Origin: Octopus sinensis | Lineage: Eukaryota | Assembly (NCBI RefSeq): GCF_006345805.1 | Contig: NC_043016.1 | Span: 31,682,001 to 31,746,000 of the forward strand | Length of the DNA stretch: 64,000 bases | Direction of reading: 5' to 3' | In this document: positions 53,985 through 64,000 of the stretch, one piece after another | Position numbering within the stretch: position 1 is the first letter of the stretch | Layout: the number at the start of each line of letters is the position of its first letter | The notes under the pieces: model-generated | The model's input: only the letters and a program-made list of their open reading frames with translations | Told to the model about the DNA's origin: nothing | The model's database searches: none | Program-made: the position numbers and the translations under genes

Positions 53985-54326
53985 TATAAACTTACTTGGA
54001 AATGGATGCATTGTGTTCAATTAAATAATAAATGATGAAGGGTCCTTTCTCTATGTTTACTTGTCCTGTTTTCCATTTTTTTCTCATTGCTTACGTATTT
54101 CACTTGTTTTTGCCTCATCTGTTTTATTTATTTACTGTATTTGCACACGTTGGTGAAGTCCCTTACCCATATATGGATATGTATATATATTATATGTTAT
54201 TTATTATATATACATACATACATACATATCATCATCATCATCATCATCATCGTTTAACGTCCACTTTCCATGCTAGCATGGGTTGGACGGTTCAACTGGG
54301 GTCTGGGAAGCCAGAAGGCTGCACCA

Positions 54327-55025
54327 GGCCCAGTCTGATCTGGCAATGTTTCTATGGCTGGATGCCCTTCCTAACGCCAACCACTCCGAGAGTGTAGTGG
54401 GTGATTTTTACGTGCCAGACGAGGCTGGCAAACGGCCACGATCGGATGCCAGCCTCATCTGGCACCTGTGCCGGTGGACGTAAAAAAAAAAAATATATAT
54501 ATACAACATACACACTTATACATACATACATATACATACATACACATACACACACACAACACATGCACACCATACGTGCATGTGCACATACACAAACACA
54601 CACACAATGGGCCACTTTCAGTTTCCATCTACCAAATTACCAAATCTACATATATACATGCATACATACACAACACACAGGCCCAGTTGATTGGCATGGT
54701 TCTATGGCTGGATGCCCCTTCCTACGCCAACAACTCCGAGAGTGTAGTGGGTGATTTTTAGTGCCAGACGAGGCTGGCAAACGGCCACGATCGGATGCCA
54801 GCCTCATCTGGCACCTGTGCCGGTGGCACGTAAAAAAAAAAAAATATATATATACATACATACACACATATATACATACATACATATACAGACATACACA
54901 TACACACACACACACATGCACACACATACGTGCATGTGCACATACACAAACACACACACAATGGGCCACTTTCAGTTTCCATCTACCAAATTACCAAATC
55001 TACATATATACATGCATACATACAC
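54327..55025. repeat. Direct tandem duplication, period about 350 bp
   Basis: ctatggctgg at 54352 and 54702. Each copy has RTE UTR, an A-run, (CA/TA)n and atgggccactttcagtttccatctaccaaattaccaaatctac. Confidence 0.9.
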
Positions 55026-56707
55026 ATACACACATGCACGTACACACTAACACACATGCACATGCAATGGACCACTTTCAGTTTCCAAATTATGAAATTA
55101 CCAAAATCCACACGCAAGGCTTTGCTCAACCCAGAGCTATAGTAGAAGTTACTCACCCAAAGAATGATGCCGTTCAGCACTGGGCACTGAACCCACCAAA
55201 ACCACATGTTTGAAAAGCTAACCTCTTAACCACACAGCTGGACTTGTGCCCTCCACATCCATTTAGAAAATGTAATATTTTCAAATACTGATTGCTAGCC
55301 CTGTTTTTGAATTAAGAAACAAAAACGTTGTTTAGCATGAAATTAAAACATTGTCATAAAAAATTCAGTTGACACACTTCAAATGATTTGGAGGGTAAAT
55401 AAGTGGATTAGCAGCTGTTGAAATAATAACATCATTATGGCTCACAATAGGATAGACTTATAAGCATGTCAAGTTTAATATCAAACTTATTTTTATCCAT
55501 GAAAACATTGTGGGAATTATCAAGAAACAAGTTCAACAAGAAAAACTTGTTAAACTACACTAGAAGTTATCATATTTATCGACAATTATATTGTTATATC
55601 TAAACTTGTTTTGTATATATTTCTCCTTGTTAATAATTATGGTGACAGAAATATATATTTAATTAGCTTAGTAGGATTAATTTTTCAGAAGCATTCAGGG
55701 GATGATTTTTTTGTAGTTGTGATAGGTGCAGGCAAGGCTGTGTGGTAAGAAGCTTGCTTCTTACCATACAGCCCGCCAGGTGGCGAGCTGGCAGAAACAT
55801 TAGCACACTGGGTGAAATGCTTAGTGGTATTTCATCTGCAGTTACGTTATGAGTTCAAATTCTGCCGAGGTCGACTTTGCCTTCCATCCTTTTGGGGTCG
55901 ATAAATTAAGTACCAGTTATGCACTGGGGTCAATGTAATTTATTTAACCCCTTTGTCTGTCCTTGTTTGTCCCCTCTATGTTTAGCCCTTTGTGGGAAAT
56001 AAGGAAATAAGAAGCTTGCATCCCAACCACATGGTTCCAGGTTCAGTCCCATTGTATGGCACGTTGGGCAAGTGTTTTCTATTATAGCCTCAGGCCAACC
56101 AAAGCCTTGTGAGTGAATTTAGTAGATGGAAACTGGAAGAATCCCATCATATATATAAATATATAGGGGGAAGTAAGAAGATAAAAAAGCAAAAATGCAC
56201 ATTGGATGCACGATGGATGTGTAATATCAGTACTCATACTCGACAGAGTGTAAGTACCTTGAGAGAAAAGCTGGACCTAAGAAGCATCAGACGTGGTGTG
56301 CAAGAGAGACGTTTGCGCTGGTATGGGCATGTGGTGAGAATGGATGAAGATAGTTGTGTGAAAAAGTGCCACACCCTAGCAGTTGAGGGAACCTGTGGAA
56401 GAGGTAGACCCAGGAAAACCTGGGACGAGGTGGTGAAGCACGACCTTCAAACTTTAGGTCTGACTGAGGAAATGACTAGAGACCGAGACCGATGGCACCT
56501 GTGCGGGTGGCACGTAAAAAGCACCCACTACACTCATAGAGTGGTTGGCGTTTGGAAGGGCATCCAGCCGTAGAAACACTGCCAGATCAGACTGGGCCTG
56601 ATGCAGCCTTCTGGCTTCACAGATCCCAGTTGAACCATCCAACCCATGCTAGCATGGAAAGCGGACGCTAAATGATGATGATGAGGATGATGATATATAT
56701 ATACATA

Positions 56708-56802
56708 GCACTGGTTCTCGTCTGATCACCAAAGTAAAGCAACGTCGAGCTTAGTCAGTACTTAGATGGGTGACCACTTGGGAAACCTAGGTGCAGTAAG
56801 CA
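56708..56802 (+). pseudogene. 5'-truncated 5S rRNA-derived copy
   Basis: gcactggttctcgtctgatcaccaaagtaaagcaacgtcgagcttagtcagtacttagatgggtgaccacttgggaaacctaggtgcagtaagca corresponds to about nt 24-120 of invertebrate 5S. Confidence 0.8.
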
Positions 56803-58558
56803 TAGCACATTGTTTTTTGAATGGCGGTGCCCCAGCTTGGCCACAGCTCGTGAGCTGAAACCAGATAAAATATAAGATATAAAGATATATATATACATAG
56901 GTATTATATGAGGCTGACACACAGAAGAAATAAGCACTATGAACACATGGGAAATATATTCTTTCAAGTGCCTGGAAGATTCCGTTGAAGCAGTTGATAT
57001 CTTCTGTTACTCAAGTCAGTGGTTGCCAAACAGAACAACATCGTTCCCCACCACATCCCACTCCCCCAAAATATAAATTCTGAGGTCACCCTCTCTGAAT
57101 TAATTGTAGTGGTACTTGTATTTTAAAGACCACTCCAGCAGTCACAGTATTCTTGTGACGAGCTGTGACTGATGCAGTTATTATTAATTAGCCTTTAATA
57201 CTTTAGCATTCAATGCCATATATGTAATGCTATTGATCCTGTTGTATCTTCTAAATTAGATTTACCCTCTCATCATCATCGTGTGGCTTCCTTGTCTCTT
57301 TTCTCTAAGTATTTTCATGGACATTGTTCAGCTGAGCTCTTTTCTCTGGTTTCTCCTTTAGGAACTTATCATCGATCAACATGACTTGCATCCAGTTCTC
57401 ATCAGTATACTGTGCAACCTCCTAAGTGTTGCGAAGCAATTTACAGTACCAGTTTCTTCCCTCACACCTCTAAACTTTGGAATTCCCTTCCACAGTCTTG
57501 TTTTCCTCTTCAATATGACCTCCTGTCTTTTAAGTTTAATGTACATCATCACCTATTGTCTTCTGTCTGACATTCATTTTATTCTAGTAGCTTTTATGTT
57601 TTCTGTGGTCTAAGGACCTTGTAACCATTGAATGCTTCTAAAAAAAAAAAAAAAAGAAAGAAAAGAAAGATTTAAATTGGTCATATCTGGCCAAAATATT
57701 CTACTTGTTTCATCTCCAAGTTGTTGATATTTGGCCTCTAACAGCTACCCTATAATGTCATTCTCAAAATATAAAACCACATCATTGAAATCTGAAAGCT
57801 GCGAGATAGTGCATAACTGATTCAAAATAATGTAAATAAATAAACATTACATTTGACAGAATAATCTGAATGCTAAAAGGTTAAATACTTATATATTCAT
57901 CACAAATATAAAATGTTTACACTGACAATGTTTTGTCATGTCTTGTCCTGTATTAAACATGCATTGAACTTGCAACTGCTGATGATGAACAACAGCAAGT
58001 ATTGAACCACTGTGAAGAAACTTAGCCATGAATGTAAGCTTCCCATGCCTGTATCACTAAATAAATTTAGTCCTCTATTTGCAATGATATTCAGGGCTAT
58101 TTCTTTTGTCATTTCATTGTTACATAAGTGGTTTGTTGATGCAGGAGGCGCAGGAGTGGCTGTGTGGTAAGTAGCTTGCTAACCAACCACATGGTTCCGG
58201 GTTCAGTCCCACTTCATGGCATCTTGGGCAAGTGTCTTCTGCTATAGCCCCGGGCTGACCAATGCCTTGTGAGTGGATTTGGTAGACAGAAACTGAAAGA
58301 AGCCTGTCGTATATATGTATGTATGCGTATGTGTTTGTGTGTCTGTGTTTGTACCCCTAGCATTGCTTGACAACTGATGCTGGTGTGTTTATGTCCCCGT
58401 TACTTAGCGGTTCGGCAAAAAGAGACCGATAGAATAAGTACTGGGCTTACAAAAAAAATAAGTCCCGGAGTCGAGTTGCTCGATTAAAGGTGGTGCTCCA
58501 GCATGGCCACAGTCAAATGACTGAAACAAGAAAAAGAGTAAAAGAGTAAAAGAGTATA

Positions 58559-58775
58559 TTAGGGAATGCTGAAAAGTTCCTGGCTTTGAGGATATTGCAA
58601 ATGGCATGGTGGGAGGCCCAACCTTCTGAGTTCTTTTAAAGGGCTTAGAAAAACTGAGGGAATGCTGCAGTAAGTGTATGAATGTGAGAAGGGAATTTGT
58701 TGGATAAAACCATAATTAACTGATCCTCCTGTATTTTCTTTTACCCAAAGCCAGGAACTTTTCAGCACCCCATCA
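58559..58775. mobile_element. Mariner-type MITE (same family as 3859-4066)
   Basis: Same TIRs (gctgaaaagttcctggcttt / aaagccaggaacttttcagc) and same internal sequence. Confidence 0.85.
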
Positions 58776-58779
58776 TATA

Positions 58780-58810
<31 letters not shown>

Positions 58811-59185
58811 CTGCCACCGCCATGGGTATCACAACTACAATTCCATTTGATTTTTATTTTGATGTTGATGTACTTGACTCAATAGTTCTCCTCAAGCACA
58901 GAAGGTGAACCCATGATCCAAGGTAAGCACCGCAGGCCGTCTTGCAAACCAAGATGCTTTGAATGGGCTGGGGCTGGTTATGTGAAGCTAGTGTACATAC
59001 ACACACACACACATATATGAGTTAGTAAGAATGTATTTATATTTCAATATTCCTACAATTAACTTATTAATTCATAAGTTAGAGATGTCTGAAATTTAAC
59101 TGATGTATTTTTGTTATTTCATAATTTTCTTTGTATTGAAATTTGTATTGAAAGGAAAATGTCATGTTTGAATACATCATCTAAA

Positions 59186-59227
<42 letters not shown>

Positions 59228-59516
59228 TCAACAATTGAGGGTAAAATTAATTAATCAATTTCACCAAGTGTTCAGTATGTAAAAGGACCATTTAAGGCGA
59301 ATTCAAAATATTACATTATATAATTAGGGCTTAGTAAAATAAATTACTTTGCCACATACTGAACTTAGTAGAAATAGCAGCCAAAAAAAAATTTTTTTAG
59401 CCGTTTCTACTACTTAAAGAAAATTTCTCTCAGATAATGTTTACTCCAGACAGCTCATATATATATATATATCCTTTAGACATTACTCATCACTTTTCTC
59501 TGTGATTTCATTTCAG

Positions 59517-59753
59517 TGGAACTACCTTAAGTGTGAAAAGGGTAAAATCATTGTCTACATGACAAGCATGAGAGTTGTGAGACAAACATACGACCGCTGC
59601 CAGATTGTACAGAAAATTCTACAGACCCATTTAGTGAAATATGAAGAGAGAGATCTATTTATGAGCAGAGAAAATCAAAGAGAGCTACGTGAAAGACTTG
59701 GCAAGAGTGATGTAACAATTCCACAAGTCTTTGCTGATGGCCTAAATTTAGGG
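59517..59753 (+). CDS. GRXCR1: GRXCR-family glutaredoxin-domain exon
   Basis: Acceptor tttcatttcag| at 59516, donor GGG|gtatgt at 59754, 237 nt, phase 0-0. WNYLKCEKGKIIVYMTSMRVVRQTYDRCQIVQKILQTHLVKYEERDLFMSRENQRELRERLGKSDVTIPQVFADGLNLG is a GRXCR-type Grx domain in frame with the exon ending at 39172. Confidence 0.92.
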
Positions 59754-60384
59754 GTATGTATCCATTTCAACTTCTAGGAATTTTCCAAAATTGTTTTCCT
59801 TTTACTAATTTAAAGGGAGATGAAAAGAAACACAAAAGGTGTTAAGAAGAATATTTAATAATTTTTTGTTTTTAATTACTCTAATTAATATTATAATATC
59901 CATTTGATGTATAATTGATGTCCAATTAGCGAAAATAAGAGATGTCTGAGAGATTATGATGTTGGACTAATATTTGAATCACAGAATCAAATCTACAGAC
60001 ACTTATCTATAGATAAGAGCCTGTAGAGAAGATGTCTGCTTTTTCAGCTGACAAGTTAATGATTCATATTTCATCACTGAGGATAAAGAAAAACACTGAA
60101 TACTTCTTACTCCAGTTAATTCATAGCACTAAAGTAGGTATATTCTGGTCGAAGTATTCTGATGGTATACTATAGAGGCACAGTTGTGGCTGTGTGTAGG
60201 AAGCTTGCTTCCAAACAATACGGTTCCAGGTTCAGTCCCACAGCTTGGCACCAAGTGTCTTCTACTACATCCTCAGGATGATCAAAGCCTTGTGAGTGGA
60301 TTTGGTAGACGAAAACTGAAAGAATCCCATCAGAAGTTAGTTTTTGCATTTATTATATTAGGTATTTGTATATCTATATTTATA

Positions 60385-61188
60385 TATAAGCGAGAAAGAA
60401 GCAACAAGAATGGATAAGTTTTTAGTACAATCGTTTCATACAAAGACAGGCTTTATTAAAAGTTGCAAAAATTGCAGCATATAAACGTGTCCCGTACTCA
60501 TCAGCTAAAATACATGTGAGTTCTCTAGACATCTTAGTGGTTGAGGCTATACTCATGAAGTAATGTAGATAATTAAGTAACATAAACAGATTTCCAAAGT
60601 TCATTAAAGTTCTTTAAGGATGATGCACAGTCTTATCACAGATTTTTAAAAAAGTTTTAATAGCATCACAGAGAAGGTGACTTAATCCATAGTGTACATA
60701 TGAATTTCCAGAGATATGAGGAGGGATTACATACTCACAGACGACAAATTTATCCATGGCTAATCACAATGAGGTGGGTATCAATTCCTGCTTATTAGCA
60801 TTACAGAGAGGGTGAATTAATCCTTTGTATAGGTGCACAATTTCCAGTGGTGCAGATGTAAATTTCCAGAGAAATGAAGAGGAATTTCATATTCACAGAC
60901 GATAAATTTATCAATGGTTGAACACAATGGGGTAGGTATCAATTCTTGCTATATGATTAGGTATTTGCCACATTAATCACATTACTGCTATGTTACTTAA
61001 TTATCTACATTACTTCATGAGTATAGCCTCAACCACTAAGATGTCTAGAGAACTCACATGTATTTTAGCTGATGAGTACGGGACATGTTTATATGCTGCA
61101 ATTTTTGCAACTTTTAATAAAGCCTGTCTTTGTATGAAACGATTGTACTAAAAACTTATCCATTCTTGTTGCTTCTTTCTCGCTTATA
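60385..61188. repeat. Long inverted repeat: two 200-bp arms (60385-60584, 60989-61188) around a 404-bp spacer
   Basis: Hand alignment of arm 1 reverse complement to arm 2 gives 199/200 identity. The one mismatch is G60487 opposite T61086. Confidence 0.95.
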
Positions 61189-61308
61189 ATCACCCCACAT
61201 TACTGTATGGTTAAAACCGTATAGTTTTTTGGTGCATCTAAGTTAGGTACCATATTCAAGTAAATTCATTAAAATTGACTTGAATCTTTATTGCTTTTTT
61301 AATATATT

Positions 61309-61343
<35 letters not shown>

Positions 61344-61678
61344 ACATACACACATACATATATATATGTAGATCCACCAACATCAGCAAAACTGAGTTCT
61401 AGAAGTGCTGTGTGTCCCACCCACACTTAACAAGAAAACTTCTCACACACTCTACCACAACAAACCAAACTATGTCTCTACATCTCTTCTCTTCCTTCAA
61501 TATTTCTGCTTCATGTACTCTGCTTTCCTCCTACTCCCCAATCCTGTCCTTTGGGCCCTGTGTCACTGTATCATTGCTTTCCACTAGCCGGCTGACCTGT
61601 GCATTCTACCCACATGCCCTGTCTCTCTCTATTATTGCTGTCTACTACCCTCCAACCTGTGTGTTCCACGCACGCATG

Positions 61679-61719
<41 letters not shown>

Positions 61720-64000
61720 AACAAGAAAACTTTTCACTCACCCTACCCCAACAAACCAATCTACATCTCCACAACTCTTCTCTTTTTCTCACATTTCTTC
61801 CTTCATTCACTATGCCTAGCTCTCACTCCCCAATCCTGTCCTCACAGCCCTGTTCCTCTATATCGTCACTATCTGGTAGAGCCCCAACTCTATATATATA
61901 CCCCACCCCATTTTTCACCACTCACTCCTCTCTCCACACTCTTTAATACCTACCACTTATATTATGGCATTTTGGACCTCAGAAATATGCCCTGGCACTT
62001 GCCACCACCTATATTTCTCTCTTCCTTTACTCAACCATCCCATTTATATCCTGATCCCTGTCCCTTTTAAGTGTGCCTGGCATTTTGCCACTATCTCTAT
62101 CCTGCTGTCTCCCACTCTCTCTCCCTCCTTCTCCTGCACTTCCCTCAGGTTGAGTAACCATGTATTTCCTTTGCAGCCCACCTGTTTCTGCCACCATTCT
62201 CTCTCTCTCTCTCCCACTCCCATCCACCCCTGCTGGGTAATCTTGAAATTCTTCTACAGCAAGACACCTGTTTCTATCTCTCTGTCTCACTATAACCTTT
62301 CATAATCTGACAAAAGATCACCTCCTCCAATGCCCCTTCCCCTCTTGAAGGTTTTTTTTTTTTTATGTCTTGCAAGTACTTGTGGTGCCACTTAATGTCT
62401 TTATGTCTTGCAAGTACTTGCAGGTGCCGCTTAAAAGGATCCAGTCCACATTGTAAATTGGTTATTGTTCAGAAGGGCATTCAGCTGTAAAAACCATATT
62501 ACAAATAATTGATGTTTAACCCTTTAGCATTTAAACCAGCCATATCTGGTCTAAATATTCTAAGTGTTTTATGTTCAAACCAGACAATACCAGTTTTTCA
62601 CATCTGCCCTGTAATGTCAGTCTAAAAATAAACAATCACACTTTTAAAAGCTTAAAGCTACAAGATAATACATGATTATTTTTTTTTCTTCTTTTAATGT
62701 GAATAAATAAGCTTTACATTTGACAGAGTAATCTGAATGCTAAAAGGTTAAATAAAGTTAACAGACTTTCTGTATTTCTGAATGGATAGCATATGTACCT
62801 ACCATGTTGTAAATACTTCTCTTTTTTTCTTTTTTTTAAGTCTCTTTCAAAAACAATATTTGTGGTTGTAGATAATTGAGATATTGTCTCCTGTTTTTTC
62901 ATCCCTGCAGTTTGACATAATTAAAACATCTCACATTGTTAAAAGTATTAACTTTAGGTCATAAAATGACCTTCATAAATTTTTGAATTGACGTTAAGGC
63001 TATTTTAGAGAGGATGGGGTTCTACCAGTTCATTTGCATTCATAAAAGACAATATGAATATCAGAAATTAAAAAACACTTTTGTAATTTAAGGCTTATTG
63101 TTTCTTTTATAATACCAATTTTTTTCCACACCTATCAGTCTCAATAGAGGTAAGCAAATGATTCTTTCTCTTTATCACTAAGGCTGTTATATTACTTTAT
63201 TAAAATTTGGTGGGCTTATTGCATTAAGTATGTAAGCACTAATCTAACTATTTGAATAGTTCTGGGTTATTTGTTTAAGTAAAGCTTAAAACCTTTGTGT
63301 TATCATTTGTGTTTGTGGTTATTGGTGCTGAGTAAACAGCACTTTCATACCTAGCCATAGCAAAAGTTTAAGTACAGATCATGAACATATAGTTCAGTCT
63401 TAGGCAAAGATAGGAGAAACTTTTTAGTTCGGGAGCAAAACGTGTTATATATTTCTCAGTGTACATAAGCTGCAGAATTGTTAGCACACCTGACAAAATG
63501 CTTTTTGTTTGTCTTTACATCCTGAGTTCAAATTCCACCAAGGTCAACTTGGTCTTTTATCCTTTCAGGGTCAATAAAATAAATAACATTTGAGCACCGA
63601 GATCGATGTAATTGACTTACCCACTCCCTCAAAATTGCTGGCCTTGTGCCAAAATTTGAAACCAATATTTCACAGTATACATCATCTATATTAAGAAAAA
63701 TGATGAATCTTTAAGTTTCTTCAAATTCACAATTGTGTAACTTTTAATTAAATTACTATTTTGGTCTTAAGACTTAACATTTTTTTTTTCATATCAGTAG
63801 ATCGTTTCAAATTTGAATGGGAAGGGCTTTTCATTCTTTGGTTTTGAATCATATTTCAGATTCCAGCATAGTTATTGATTTTTCTAGAGTTTCAGTGTCT
63901 CTGCGGCCAGGACTGTCACTCACATGTAGATCTCTATAGTAACAGCAAACATTGCTCCATCAACAAAACTAAGACAAGGCTTCCTAGGCATACATTCATA

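Noticed and set aside
59502-59777. Standalone glutaredoxin gene
   Set aside because: Bounded by good AG/GT sites and in phase with the exon ending at 39172; MISFQ and VCIHFNF are intronic.
4642-60330. tRNA genes at A-box/B-box motifs
   Set aside because: All are SINE heads that continue into SINE bodies; no complete cloverleaf found.
62355-62432. 39-bp tandem duplication containing the palindrome tgcaagtacttgca
   Set aside because: Short slippage duplication at the edge of a decayed RTE UTR; expected by chance in this landscape.
59754-64000. Terminal GRXCR exon with CxxC motifs
   Set aside because: Searched by eye for a DAE...LNESGEL or CxxCGG-like frame and found none; probably beyond the window.

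Overview
Eukaryotic, AT-rich, repeat-dense DNA. The SINE, RTE and microsatellite landscape resembles what I recognise from Octopus (coleoid cephalopod); this is not verified by search. Two spliced genes can be rebuilt by hand. (1) A complete 3-exon PGRMC/MAPR gene on the minus strand (CDS 23144-22835, 5862-5713, 3712-3606; 188 aa; GT-AG introns, both phase 1). (2) A partial GRXCR-family gene on the plus strand (exons 38810-39172 and 59517-59753, 20.3-kb phase-0 intron). I did not find its C-terminal CxxC exon(s) in the window. The genes are divergent, about 15.6 kb apart. Most of the rest is mobile DNA and simple repeats: RTE, CR1/L2, R4/Dong-like and L1/Tx1-like LINE relics, tRNA-type SINEs, hAT, mariner and piggyBac-like MITEs, a HINE-like element and two 5S rRNA-derived copies. 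Most long ORFs in the track are microsatellite artefacts. The most unusual structures are a 200-bp near-perfect inverted repeat (one mismatch, G-U on the sense strand) in the GRXCR intron, a 13 x 109-bp tandem array grown from an RTE 3' end, an RLE-retrotransposon-like stub between two very long (TATG)n tracts, a possible 5S-headed SINE and an ORF1-only LINE relic upstream of PGRMC. No new system is proven; these are leads.
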